A stretch of 64,000 bases of DNA from the human T2T-CHM13v2.0 reference genome, Homo sapiens, in assembly GCF_009914755.1 (NCBI RefSeq), contig NC_060931.1. One strand, 5' to 3'. How positions within the stretch are numbered: the stretch's first letter is position 1; each line of letters opens with the position of its first letter. This document shows positions 1 through 20,050 of the stretch, in pieces. The notes below the pieces were generated by a model. The model saw nothing but the letters and a program-made list of their open reading frames with translations. It was not told where the DNA came from and did not search any database. Made by a program: the position numbers and the translations under genes.

Positions 1-180
1 CACATGCTGGAGTTTAACACGGTTCCTGCTGGATGCGCACAGAAGCCCTGGAGCCAAGCAGGCGTGTGCGCGTTTGGGGCTGGCTGTGTGATGGGTTGAG
101 GGTCGGCCGCACAGCCCACGGAAGCATCAGGAGACCAGCGCCGGCGTACGGTGCGGGCTAGGGCAGAGCCCCAGACTCAC

Positions 181-400
181 CTGGCAGCGCTGCCGGCCGG
201 AAAGCGGAGAGGGACGCGAAGATCAGCAAATTCGCCAGTTTGGATCCTTGTCCTTTTCCGCCCTTTTCCCCCCATTAAATCCAGAACCCGTCACATGATA
301 ATTAAGAAAAAACTTCAGTTCCGCCTCCTCAAACGACTGCGGTAGAGGATCTCTCAGTTCTACCTCAGTGCCGCGCCCACATCCGGGGCTGGTTCTCACC
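181..400 (-). other. TMEM60: First (5'UTR) exon of the divergent gene, probably TMEM60; 5' end approximate
   Basis: Reverse complement at 175-183 reads CAG|GTGAGT, a near-consensus donor. TMEM60 lies head-to-head with PHTF2 (recalled). The TMEM60 CDS is not in the window. Confidence 0.7.
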
Positions 401-691
401 GCCCCTGAGCCTACCCTATAGGTAGAGAGGACGCCAATCTGGATTCAGAGGTCCCTTTTCCGCGGTAATTGGACCATTTGTCCGCCAGTGCAAACCAACC
501 GACCTTTCCTTACTTTCGGGTTCGACAGAAAGGCGGCAATAAAAAGACCCATTGGTCCCGCCTCTCTACTGTCACGGGTTAGTAGGGAAGTCAGTCCAAG
601 ATCAGCCTGGAGTTTCCGTGCTCCCATTGGGCCCACAGATGTTAATCAGAGCAGCCGGCGCTCAGCTCCGCCCTCTCGGGACGCCCCGCCC
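399..691. promoter_or_regulatory. Core bidirectional promoter with four CCAAT (NF-Y) boxes and GC boxes
   Basis: CCAAT 434-438; ATTGG 468-472, 551-555, 626-630; CCGCCC near 399-404 and 686-691. Confidence 0.65.
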
Positions 692-709
692 CTCCTCCCA
701 TCCTCCCTG

Positions 710-898
710 CCCGCGCGCAGTGACTGCAGGCTCCGGCGCAAAATCCTGCGGGAGAGGGGGTGGGGCAACCCTCTGGAGGCAGCGCGCCCGCGGGCAGCCT
801 CGTTGTGGCTCCTTGGGCTCTGTTGGCGGCGGCGCTAGCTTCGGAGTCTCCCGCGCGCACCTCAGCCGCCTCCTAGCGGCGCGGCGCTCGCTCCTACG
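710..898 (+). other. PHTF2: PHTF2 non-coding exon 1 (TSS approximate)
   Basis: ACG|GTAAGA donor at 898/899 inside the CpG island; no ATG in the exon; next clear acceptor and coding exon at 42143. Confidence 0.75.
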
Positions 899-2714
899 GT
901 AAGAGCGGCATCACCTCCGCGCTCGGGTGGGCAGTGTGGAGGTCGTCGAGTTCTGACAGAATTTCGAGGATGGATCGGGACGAGGGAGGAGAGCGGTCGT
1001 CGGGATGGAGGTGGGGGCTCCGGGGCCAACGCGTCGCCCTCCGTCGCCGGCGACTTTCCCGGCAGTCTCCCGTACCTGAGGGCCGGGGTCAGCCGCGACC
1101 CCTTCTCATCAGTCGGCCGGTGGCGGAGGCTCAGCCGCCTTCCTCCCGAGCTCGCGCGGTCCTCAAGTCTTGATGGTGACGGGCCGAAGCCCAGCGCGCC
1201 ACCCGCCCCTCGGGCCCCGCTTCCAGGCCCCTGTCCTTTGCTTCCTTCCCTTGGCGCTGTGCTGAGGGGTCGTCGGGTCCTGGAAGGGCGTTCAGGGGTC
1301 TCGGGTGGCTAGCCCGGCTGGCGGGGAGATGTCAGCTAGCGGCCGGAGGAGCGGGCTCGGGAGGGGGCGGCGGCTCGCGCGCTGGAGGAGGTGGAAGGAG
1401 GGTCGCTGCCCTGCCCCCTCTGAGCAGGCGGCAGTCGAGTTTTCTGATCCCAACACGGCGGAGTGGGTGCTTAAGGCATGGGCCTTAAGGGATAGTTCCC
1501 GTCTGGAAACAATACCGTGCTCCATCAGCATGCTTCAGCTTTTCTTATTTTTATCTGCCCAGTGTTGACAGCCAGCATTCTGGTATTGTCCTTCGAGTCA
1601 TGGCTTTCTAACTCAGCACCTCCTTGTGTAACTTCAGGGATCATTCTGTCACTAATCTGTCACCCTTCTTATTTTTAGCGTGGCGAAAACAAGGAACTGC
1701 CTTATACTAACCTGGGCAGTGCAGAATCTGGAACAATTTATTAATCTCAGTGTGTACTTTACATGCCAAGTAATTTTGAAATTCATGGTGAATATTAAAT
1801 ATTTTGTAGTTTTCGGTTGCTTTCTTTGTTAATAGTATATCCTCCTTGCTTTGAGACTACTTTTCAGGTGTGATACTTTAATCTTAAGGTTTTTGGTTAG
1901 CTTTTGCCATTTTTAAACGTTTCTTTCATTTTTTTTTTCTCCAAGACTTTGGCAAGAGACTTAGTATTTGATCTTGTTTTCAGGTATTTTTGTAAAGTTT
2001 ATTTTCTTTCAAACTGGGCTTTTTTCACCATATTTTTAATATTGGAAGGGGAATTCTGAAAGTCTGGAAACTGCACACTTTAGCCTAAAGAGTCACAAAA
2101 CAGTATAACAATTTGAAATCCTAACTTGGATATGGTGTATGGACTGCAAATTTTAAGAGAAGGAAATGGATATGCGTTATCAGTTGTAGTGGCTCCACCT
2201 CCATAACGTAGAGGAGAGGAATCTGGAGGTCTGCGGAGAATGAGCCATGTCTGGGGCCAGAAACAGTGGTTCCAGGAAATATTTTTGCCCCAGAAATAGC
2301 CTGCCTCCCACACAGACTGGCTGTCTGAATGCATCTGATAGTTTTAAGTTAGGTGTTAGTGAGGTGGAGAGTTTTCGTGTTCCAATTTTGACCACTTTCT
2401 GGTGGAGCATGAAAATGTGGTGAGTAAACAAGTATAGTATACAATGGGGGCACTCTTGCATAGATAGTCAAGCCTCCAAGAGTAAACTTTTTTTGAGCCC
2501 AAACTGGCACTGGACAGTTGGCCCTAAAAATGAAGAAGGTGGCCCACCCAATTTTTAAACCATGAACTTTTTTTGGCTGGTCCATTTAATGCAAAATTGC
2601 AAGGAATATGTAATGAAAAAAACCTTCACTAAACTGAAGAGAATTTAGGGTGTCATGTGGATAAAATGAAACTCGAAAATAGTTGGACTACTTGTATATT
2701 ATTTAATCATTTTA

Positions 2715-2875
2715 GTCCTGTGAGATGGGTACTGATTACTGTCATTTTATAGATGAGCAAACCAAGACTTAGTTTAACTAATTTGTTCAAGATTTCTTCA
2801 CAAATGAGTCAGTAGAGGTGAGATTCACACCTAAGCAGTCTGATTCCAAAGCCTACATTCCAAGCCATTATACTT
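2715..2875 (-). mobile_element. MIR
   Basis: cattttatagatgag..aaac..aag..taactaatttgttcaag..agattcacacctaagcagtctgattccaaagcc MIR core. Confidence 0.6.
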
Positions 2876-3120
2876 TATTACCACAATAAAATTGGCTTCT
2901 TGGAGACTTTATAGTAGGAGACTACTCAGTGGAAAATAACACTGCAAAACCGTAAATTGAATCCACTATTGTACACAGTAACACTTTGAGATCATTGTAT
3001 AATAGGCACTGTTGGATTTTGCTGAAGATAAAGGGATGGAGTCACCTTCTCTGTGTTTGAGGAGCATTCATTTGATGGGAGAAATAGATATTTGAACAAA
3101 TGACGATAATACAATATATA

Positions 3121-3735
<615 letters not shown>

Positions 3736-4476
3736 TCTTGAGACAAGAATTCAGTTAAAGTATAGACAGTCTGGATTTGAATTCCTATCAGGCTTTGTGA
3801 CTTTGAACATAACACCAAACCTCTTTTAGCATCAGTTTCCTTATCTGTTTAATGGAAAGGGCAATACTTCAAAGAAGACATTAAGCCTTAAATAAAATAT
3901 ATAAAGTACGGGCACATAGAAAGCAGTGAATACAAAAGAAACAATAAATAATTTTAAGAGAGAACTAGTTGGGTTTCAGGGGAGCTACCACTGAAGCCTT
4001 AAAGGTCTGAAGGTGGTGTTTGTAGGTGGAGAAAGAGGGCATTCCATGCAGAACAGGAAGAGGCAGAGTCTCAGAACAGAAATATGGATTGTTTAGGGAA
4101 TGGTAAGTAATTGTAGCTTTGTATAAAATGTATGTGTGAAGGCCAGCTTTAAATGATAATGGTATGTAAATGTGGTTGGGCAAAGTGAGTACTACCCAAT
4201 TTTGATAATTGGAAATTGCATACTTAGATACTAAAATTATAGGAAAACCTCAGCAGTTTGTCCATTATTACATGTTTATTTAATATTCACCTTCCAATAC
4301 TTACTTTCCCAGTTCAAATTAAGACTCAAAGAAGAATTCCAAAATGATGGTTGCCATCCCTTAACCCCTTTACCTAGCCTGTAGCCACATGGAGTCATTA
4401 TTGTGAACTCCCCTTTGCATATATTTTGACTGTCTTTTCTTAATCCCTACTTGATACATGATAGTGGGACAGAGTT

Positions 4477-4757
4477 TTTTTATTTTGAGACAGGGTCTCA
4501 TTCTGTCTTCCAGGTTGGAGTACAGTAGTGTAATTACTGTAACCTTGAACTCCCAGGCTCAGGCAATCCTGTTGCCTTAGCCTCCTGAGTAGCTAGACCT
4601 GCAGGCATGCACCACTGTGTCCAGCTAATGTTTTAATTTTTATTTTTTTGTACATACAGGGTCTTGCTATGTTGGCCAGGCTAGAGACCTCAAGTGATTT
4701 TCCCATCTTGGCCTACCAAAGTCCTGGGATTACAGATATAAGCCACCACTCCTGGCC
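4477..4757 (-). mobile_element. AluJ
   Basis: Diverged antisense Alu dimer. Confidence 0.85.
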
Positions 4758-5384
4758 AGTGTGTTTTAAATTGGGACTGCCCTTGAAAATCTGAGAAAGT
4801 CTCGTGCTTCTATCTTCTTCTCAGATTAATACCAAACCATAAATACGTTAAATTTACAAATCTGAAACATCACTTGATGACCAGAATCATATGACTAAGT
4901 GGAAAATATTAAGTGACATTTAGGAAAACTGCATTTTTAGTCCACTTTGTTATTCTCATGAAAATTGCTAATGTGACACAAAATATAGAAGTGAGTTTTC
5001 AGATGAGAACAACTGATTGCTTCCTGGAACAGGTAGTTTTAGAGCACTAGGAATGAAAATATGCTGGATTTTATTCTGGGTACTGAACAGGAACTGGGGC
5101 AGGAAATAGCTGTGGCTGAACCACTACCTGATAATAATCATAACATGATTAAATTTGACATTTAATGAGAGGAAGTAAAGGGAAAAGTGCATAGTATGCA
5201 GCTTTCCAGTTGCAAAAACAGTACAAGAAAGGGGCTGTTAAAAGTATATCTACAGAAATTTTAAAGACATGTAGGCATTCATATTTGTTGCATGAATGAA
5301 AGTACTTTTGTAAGACCTTTTGTATAGGATTTGTTACAGATACCAGAAAATTTATGAAAATTAGGTGGCACAAGTTTTGGTGCT

Positions 5385-5590
5385 CTGTAGACCTAGGTTC
5401 AAGTCCTGATACTGCCATCACTGGTTGTGTGACATTGGACTCATTATGTAATATTTTTGAGGTTCAGTTTTATTTATTCTTTAAATGGAGTTACCTACTT
5501 TGCGAGATTTTAAGAATTAAATGGGATAATGTATGTAAAGCACTTGACATATTCTTGATTTCTAAGACTAGCTCAAAAAGTGGTTGTTGC
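5385..5590 (+). mobile_element. MIR
   Basis: agacctaggttcaagtcctgatactgcc..tgtgtgacattgg..agaattaaatgggataatgtatgtaaagcactt. Confidence 0.65.
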
Positions 5591-5613
5591 AGTTATTTGA
5601 CTGAGTTGAACAG

Positions 5614-5614
<1 letters not shown>

Positions 5615-5653
<39 letters not shown>
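5615..5653 (+). repeat. (TG)n microsatellite
   Basis: ~19 perfect GT units. Confidence 0.95.
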
Positions 5654-5655
<2 letters not shown>

Positions 5656-6243
5656 GTTTTAAAATAACAATTTCCAGATAGAATAAGAGAAGCCAGAAAA
5701 TGGCAAACAAGCAAATAAAACCTTAAAGGGAGGCAATAGGATTCAACCGGCAGAGTTGAATAATCATTTTACCCACACAAAAGAAGGGAAAATATAGGAA
5801 GAGAGCTTCACATTATCAACTTTTTTCTGAAGAAAGTACATCAAACTCATTAAACCAGATGGAATGCATAAATAAGGTTTTGCTATTGGAAATGACAATG
5901 AAAAAAATAAATGAAGTAGGATTTCAGTGCTGTGAATTAAGTGTATAGGGAGAGGAACTTGTTTTCTCAAATCTCTTGACTACTTTCTTACTTATTTCTA
6001 AAATTCTTTGACAAGGAAAAGCTATTAATTGTATAGTTATGGGAATGCTTTAATGGCAAGTAATCCTGGGGGATAGAGCAAGCTGATTTATCTCCACAGA
6101 TTTCTTGTGTGTTCATTCCATATATCCCATTGTCTATTGTGTGTCTTTTGGGTGCTGAATGTATGAATATATCATTTGTTGAAAAATAAACCTATCTTCT
6201 TGTTCCTAAATCTATTTTACTCTTGTAGTCTCTGTCTTAATGA

Positions 6244-6553
<310 letters not shown>

Positions 6554-6959
6554 TAATGAGGGTTCTTTTAGTGTTCAAGCCAAGAGTCATGTGGTGTCCT
6601 TACTCTGTTCCTCTCCATATCTTTAATTGCCATTCAATCACTTCATCTGGTCCTCTATCTACTAATATCTATCTTTCAATCATGCCTCGTCCCAACACCC
6701 ACAATTAAGAAAAAACAAAACAACCATTGGCACTTAGTTCAAACCCTCATTATTGTCCCCAAATTATTGTCATTTATTTCCTTTTAATTTAGCCTTATAC
6801 GAATCAGTTCTTCCCACAGCTTCCTTCAGAATAATTTTGTTGAAATACCAACATACTGATATCAAAATTATATCCTCAGTGTCTGCACATGATAATTAAT
6901 AAATATTTGATCCTTCCATGTATCTTAAACTTCAGACAATACTAAGTGACTTGCACATG

Positions 6960-10900
<3,941 letters not shown>

Positions 10901-11138
10901 TGTATATTGAGTTTTGAAGTAATAATTTAAATGGAAAATATAAAAAGTACCATTTTGATTTTTATTATTTTTAAATCCCAAATTTGTGTTTAGGGTGCAT
11001 AAGCATTGTATAGCCAGAACCAGAGTAGACTATAGGTTTGATTGGCTGAATGTGTTTAGGTTCATTGTTCCCTTGAAAGAAATGTAGGCATGTATGATGA
11101 GTTAAAAGGTAAGCAAATAATTGCATTTTCCTATATAA

Positions 11139-11453
<315 letters not shown>

Positions 11454-12458
11454 TAAACCCAATTCTTATTGACAACAAAACTTTGTGTGTGTGTGTGTGC
11501 GCAAAATATGTCTGTATAATTTCTAAGGGAGATTAATAGATTAATGAGAAGTGTTTATTTCCTTAAGGGTATAATAATTCAGTTTTTATCGTCTTTGGAA
11601 AATATTTGCAACATTGACTGAAAATACTACTATGATCATATATTGAATGGTAATTTAACTTAACCTTGGACATAGTAGATATTAAGGACTGTTGAAAATC
11701 TCTGTAGGTGAAATGGACTTGAGATGGGCTTAACCTGTCTCTTCATTGATGATAGGCAACTGGAATGACCTTTAGCTTTTCTTCTGATGGAAGCAGATTA
11801 TATGAATTGGTAAAATTGAAGCACCGGGCTAGTTTTCTTATTCCCACCCATTGCAACCACACTAAATGAAATTATGAGAGGAAGGTTGTATGTGTATTAA
11901 GTCAATAGTTGGTATATAGGAAATTAACGTGATAAAGGAGGTATTTTAAAATTGAGTTAAGCTTATCATTTATGTTCTTTTTATTTTGATGTAATTTTAG
12001 ATTTTAAAAAAGTACAATAATAAGGAATTCCTGTATACCCTTCACCCAGATTACCTGTATTTTAACATTTCACTATATTTGCTTTATCATTTTCTTTCTC
12101 GATATATATATAGGTACATATGTATTACTTTTTTCTTGACTCATTTGAGTCATGATACTCCTTTACCGCTACTGAGTTTTTATTTCCTAAATATAAGATT
12201 ATTCTTCTTCATAAAGACAGCACAATTATCAAAATCAGGAAATTAACATTTATAGTACTGTTTTCTAATCTACAGGTACTCACATTTTACCAGTTACCAC
12301 AATACTGTACTTTATTGCAGAAGAAAATTCAGGATCACATTCTGTGTTTAGTTGTCACATCTCTCTAGTTTCTTTTACACAGAAACACTTGAACCTATGT
12401 TTTATTTCATGAAATTGACATTTTAAAAACTGTTGAGGCTGGTTATTTTGTAGAGTGA

Positions 12459-12788
<330 letters not shown>

Positions 12789-12824
12789 TGATTTTTTCCT
12801 CATAATTAGATTTGGGTTATGTAA

Positions 12825-13248
<424 letters not shown>

Positions 13249-14477
13249 TAGTTAAGGAGGTATCTGCCAGGTTTCTACAAGGTAAAGTCACTCTTTTATT
13301 CTCTGTAATTAATACATACTGTGGCTAGATACTTTTAAATTATGTTAGTATCCTACTACTCTCAAACTTACCCATTAATTTTAACATCTATTGATGATTC
13401 TTGTGTGAATCCATTATTAAGATGGGTGCCAAATGGTGATTTTTATAATTTTGTAATTTCTTTTATATTTATTAGCTGACTTCTGTGATAAAGAAAAGCT
13501 TCTACCTCTTTATTCACTTACTTATTCATATCAGTATGGACTCATGAATTCTTGTTTTATCATTTTGCCAATGTCTCTATGATTCTTTGAGCATTTTCTT
13601 ACTTTCTGATCCAACAAGATATTCCATAATCATCTGGTACTATCTCTGTGCCAGCCCTAGCATAAGACATTTCTCTAAGCAGTGTTGATTTCTTTTACTA
13701 TGAAGTGGTATTTAGAGATCTAGGTGTTAGATGTGCTTATTGCTACTGAGGAGTCTTTGTTTCTAGGCCCTCTCAGTGGACGTAAAGTATATATGTATAC
13801 GGATGAGTATATATGTGGTGGGTGTGTGTAATACAGCTTTATTTTCAGAAAGAATATTAACTAGTGTCATGGCTGCTAAAAATAAAAAAGTGAATATAGG
13901 CATAGGCTACATGACCATGTGATCATATCCTTATCACAAGAAATTATAGCTCCAATGTTTTGCATTCTTCAAATACATTATTTTGTTGACTAACTGGATT
14001 CCAGGAATTACTTAGATCTTATCTGATGAGAAAAAGAACCTGGATGGTGAGGGGCCTGGAAATCATGTTATATGAAGAACAGGTGAAGGAGCTGAGAACA
14101 TTTAGTCTGGAAAAAGATTAATGACAACATATGCTGATTATATTAAGTTGTTTGAGGCAGAAGAAATGACACACATTTATTCTGTGTTCACTTAGAGTAT
14201 GTAATTAATACAGATGAATGTATTTGAAGAGAGATATAAATTTAACTCTGCATAAGGATAATTTTGAGGCAAGTTTTCCTCTAATGCAGTAAAATGACTT
14301 GAATACCTCAAACCCAATTATTATCTCTAATCAGGAGAAGCTTGCTTATTTTTACATAATTTGTGTGTACTGTAAGAAGTTAGAACTACTTGAGAGATGT
14401 CTAAGTATGCTATATTTAGTGGCTTAGTCAGTAGTATGCTTCACAAGATGAATCACAAGGAAAGGATTCTGTTCTAA

Positions 14478-14814
<337 letters not shown>

Positions 14815-14949
14815 AATAATGTGTACATAATCTTCTATTGGATATTTATAATGCAGAGTAACGTGTTAAAAGGCTCTAACAAGTCCTCAAGTAAGGAAAC
14901 TTGTTTGACTTTTTCTAATGTAGTGGATATAGGAACAGGTGAGGTTATA

Positions 14950-15480
14950 GGTATAATCTAATAGTAGTCATACAGTAGTCATCTATAGATGCATGGTATT
15001 TATTTATTTATTTAATTTTAAACCAGGCCTTCAAGCATTTTATCCTTTGAGTTACAATCCAATTACACTGATTTATACATGGTATTTAAACCAAGATATT
15101 AGATGTGATCACCAAGGGACTGTGTGAAGATAAGAGATGTGCAAAAACTGAGCTCAGGGAGAAGAGGAAAACTAGCAAAGAAACTGAGAAGGAGTGAATA
15201 AAGAGGAACAAACTGAAGAGAGTGGTTTCCCAGAAGCTAAGTGAATAAAGTGTTCCAGGAGAAGAGAACATAATCAGCTGTGCTTTATACTACCCGTAGA
15301 TTGTATAAGATAAGCAACTGAGACCTGACCATTGCATTTAGCGACTGGAAGTCACTGGTGTCCTCAAAGAGAACTTTCAGTGGAGTATTGTGAGCAAAAG
15401 ATGATTGGATTAAAGAGAGGAGATGGAGAAGTGGGAGTAGATAGCAGTGTTTTGCACTGTGAAAGGGAGAAGAGAAAGGT
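14950..15480. mobile_element. L2 fragment
   Basis: ggtatttaaacc..agatgtgatcaccaaggg..ttgcatttagcgactggaagtcactggtg..gaactttcagtggagt. Confidence 0.6.
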
Positions 15481-16439
15481 ACTGTATTTAATGAGCACCT
15501 TGGGAGAAGAGAAAGGCATTGTATTTATTCAGCACCTTCTGTGTGTTATATTGCTGAAAATATTTAAGCAATAATGAAATGTATGAGCTATACATAGCTT
15601 ACTTAGCTCATCATTCTGGCTTAAATAGTAGTTGCAGTATGTTTATTAAGTACTTTTCTCTGTGATGTGGAGTTGAATAGACTACAGATTGAAACATTGG
15701 TTTCCTGACTTACAGAAAATTTCTTCAGATTAAAAGAATGTTAGAGGTAGTGGCTGTTAAATTGTATTGCATTCTCCAGTTTCTAGGTGGTTTAGACCAG
15801 TTGGCTTAGTAGTTTTATCAATCATGAATTGATGATCTGGACATGTTGATAATGATGTTACATAAAATCGTAAGATTTGGTGTCCAGTCATATGTTCCTC
15901 ATTTTTAAAATGACCTGGTATCAAGAATAATATTTAAAGCCACATACCCTAATTTTAAATTGGCCTCTGTAACCATAGGAGGAGAAAACTCAGGAAACAC
16001 AATTCAGTCCTCATTTCTACTTCATTAACTTTCCATCTACCTTCTTGTAGCTAATTGCAAGCCCAGGCTGTAAATCCAATTACAGCAAATTCTCATTGTT
16101 CACAGCTGTGTTAATATAAGGTCGCTGCTAACACTGAATTAGCCAATAGTGAAGTGTTGCTCTTAGAGGAAATACAGAGTTGAGTTCCTGTGAGCCACTG
16201 GTCACAACATTTTTGTCATCAGTGATCAATACATAACCTTGTTTCATATGTGTTTCTATTTAAAGACACCTTATTTAATTTTATTGTTTATTTTGTTAAC
16301 ATTGAACTCACAACCAACAGCACTATAATTCATGTCTGAATGAAACTTACCTAACACAGTATTTTCTCTGTAAGACACATTAAATCGTTCTTGCACTTAG
16401 GAGCACTAGGCCGCACTTCAGCACTACACTTGGGGGGCA

Positions 16440-16716
<277 letters not shown>

Positions 16717-16718
16717 TA

Positions 16719-17020
<302 letters not shown>

Positions 17021-18002
17021 CAGCAAAATCCCAACAAAAAGAAAAAAAAAGCCAAAAACAGGACACTACACCACAAAAAGGACCCTTGTTTATGGTATAA
17101 TAGCTGTCTTATTTAAGAAGATAGTGTCATCTTGTTCAGCCTTTGCTGGGAACATGCGTGTTGGGAACCTCAGATTTTTCTCTGCTTTGTGCATATCTGT
17201 AAATGACTGCAAAAGTACCAGGAGTATTGATTTTAGCAAGCAGGCAGATTTGCATACGAAATCTATGAAAGTGGCTGTCCAATATGTTAAATGGAAATGT
17301 TGGAATATATTGCATAATTCCATCATATTTATGATGGTAAGAATTCCAGTTTACTGAAGCTATAACTATTTGGAAATTGAAATTTAAAACTGGTTTCAAT
17401 TTGTAGTTTTTATCAAAGTTCTGCAGATAGATGTTTTCAGAGATAGTTATACAAAATTTAGGAAAATAGCGGCCATAGAGCCCCTTTTCCACAGTTTCTG
17501 TTTCCCAGGGACAAACAGGTTCAGCTCTTTCAATTGATATTTTATTTACCATTCATAATGATACATGTTTGACTTCCAGTCATCTGCAGGGTCATAGAGA
17601 AATAGTCACTCATTGGCATGGTGTGAGAGAAAATGGATCTTTTATTTTAACAGCTTTCAACTAGTCTGCCTAAAGATGGGACTAACTTTATTCCCGTTTC
17701 CAGGGGATGCTTAAACCATGAATCCCTGAAACTTTGTTTTATTGCATAAATTGGGTTAATATTCTCCTTTCTCTACTATTGCTGTCTGCTGTCTCGGATC
17801 TGCTAGGTCAGTTACAAGTCACATATCTTCTTTCAAGCTTCATTTTTGTTGTTTTTTTCCGTTCTCTCTGTTCTCATGTATGTATGCGTTTGCTGTCATT
17901 TCAGTTAGATATTGTAAGGTAGTAAAGTTAGATGCTTGTGTTTAGTCTGGCTTTTTGTATTCTCTTGGAAATTTGGTTATTCTTTTTATATATTGGAATA
18001 AC

Positions 18003-18298
<296 letters not shown>

Positions 18299-19243
18299 CA
18301 TGAAATAACTTTTAATAGTTTGCCTGTTTATAGTACATGGGTCCAGGACAGATACATGTTTCATTTTGCTCAATTCAATTACATTATTTTAAAAAACTAC
18401 TTTTATTAATTGACACATAATGTACATATTTGAGGGGTACATAATGATGTTTCAGTACATGTAATGTATAGTGATCAGATCAGAGTAATTGACGTATACA
18501 TTATTTCAAACATTATTTCTTGTAGCTATTTGCAACTATATATTATTGTTAACTATAGTCATCCAACAGTGGTATAGAACACTAGAACTTATTCTTCCTA
18601 TCTAACTGTGATTTTGTAACCTTTCACAAATCTCTTCTGATCTCTCTCTTCCTTATGCCCCTCCCAGTCTCTGGTATCCTCCATTCTACTTTTTACTTCT
18701 ATGAGATCAGCTTTTTAGCTTCTACTTATGAGTGAGAACATGCAGGGTTTAACTTTCTGTTCCTGGCTTTTTTCGCTTAACATGATGTCCTCCAGTTCCA
18801 TCCATGTTGCTGCGAATGACAGGATTTGATTCTTTTTATGGCAAAACAGTATTCCACTGTCTGTAGACCCCATTTTCTTTATCCATTCATCTGTTGTTGG
18901 GCATGTAGGTTGATTCCATATCTTGACTATTGTGAATAGTGCTGCAATAAACATGGGGTACAGATGTCTCATCAATATACTGATTTTCTTTCCTTTGGAT
19001 AAAATTCCCAGTGGTGGGATTGCTGGATCATATGGTAGTTCTATTAGTAGTTTTTTGAGGAATCTCCATGCTCTTCTCCATAGTAGCTGTACTAGTTTAC
19101 ATTCCTACCAAATGTGTAAGAGTTCCTTTTTCTCTGCATTCTCATCAGCATTTGTTATTTTCTTGTTTTTTTGACAGTAGCCATTTTAAGTTGATGAGAT
19201 GGTATCTCATTATGGTTTTGATTTGCATTTCCCTGATGATTAG

Positions 19244-19619
19244 TGTATTAGTTCGTTCTCACGCTGCTAATAAAGACATACCTGAGCCTGGGTAATTTAT
19301 AAAGGAAAGAGGTTTAATTGACTCACAGTTGAGCATGGCTGGGGAGGCATCAGGAAACTTAAAATCATGATGGAAGGGGAAGCAAACACATCCTTCTTCA
19401 CATGGCAGCAGGAGAGAGAAGAATGAGAACCAAGCAAAGGGTGAAGCCCTTTATGAAACCATCAGATCTTGTGAGAACTTACTATCACAAGAATAGCATG
19501 AGGGAAACCACCCCAATGATTCAGTTACCTCCACCAGGTCCTTCCCATGACACACGGGGATTGTGGAAACTACAATTTAAGATGAGATTTGGGTGGGAAC
19601 ACAGAGCCAAACCATATCA
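19244..19619 (-). mobile_element. THE1 (MaLR) solo LTR, THE1C/D-like
   Basis: tgtattagt..gctaataaagacatacc..gccaaaccatatca; TG..CA termini; 5-bp TSD attag (19239-19243, 19620-19624). Confidence 0.92.
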
Positions 19620-19751
19620 ATTAGTGATGTTGGGCATTTTTAAATATGTTTATTCGCTACATGTATGTCTTCTTTTGAGAAATGTCTTTAGATTTTTTGC
19701 CCATCTTTAAATTGGATTGTTTGTTTTTTGATGTTAAAAAGTTTGAGTTCC

Positions 19752-20050
19752 GGGCCGGGTGCGGTGGCTCATGCCTGTAATCCCAGCACTTTGGGAGGCC
19801 AAGGTGGGTGGATCACGAAGTCAGCAGGTCGAGACCAGCCTGACCAACATGGTGAACCCCCATCTCTACTAAAAATACAAAAAAATTAGCCGGGCATGGT
19901 GGCGGGCGCCTGTAATCCCAGCTACTTGGGAGGCTGAGGCAGGAGAATCTCTTCAAACTGGAAGGTGGAAGTTGCAGTGAGCCGAGATTGCACTACTGTA
20001 CTCTAGTCTGGGCAATGAGAGCAAAACTCCGTCTCAAAAAAAAAAAAAAA
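19752..20050 (+). mobile_element. AluS
   Basis: Dimer, TSD agtttgagttcc. Confidence 0.95.

Larger units (their letters stand above)
1..1470. promoter_or_regulatory. CpG island spanning a bidirectional promoter and both first exons
   Basis: Very GC-rich with abundant unmutated CpG, dropping abruptly to AT-rich sequence after ~1500; splice donors face outward on both strands. Confidence 0.9.

Noticed and set aside
445-1568. ORFs of 63-116 aa in the CpG island
   Set aside because: Mostly GTG/TTG starts, Arg/Pro/Gly-rich, overlapping frames; expected from GC content with no recognisable family
17136-17552. 138-aa minus-strand ORF
   Set aside because: Partly within a Tigger MITE; no splice or promoter context and no recognisable domain
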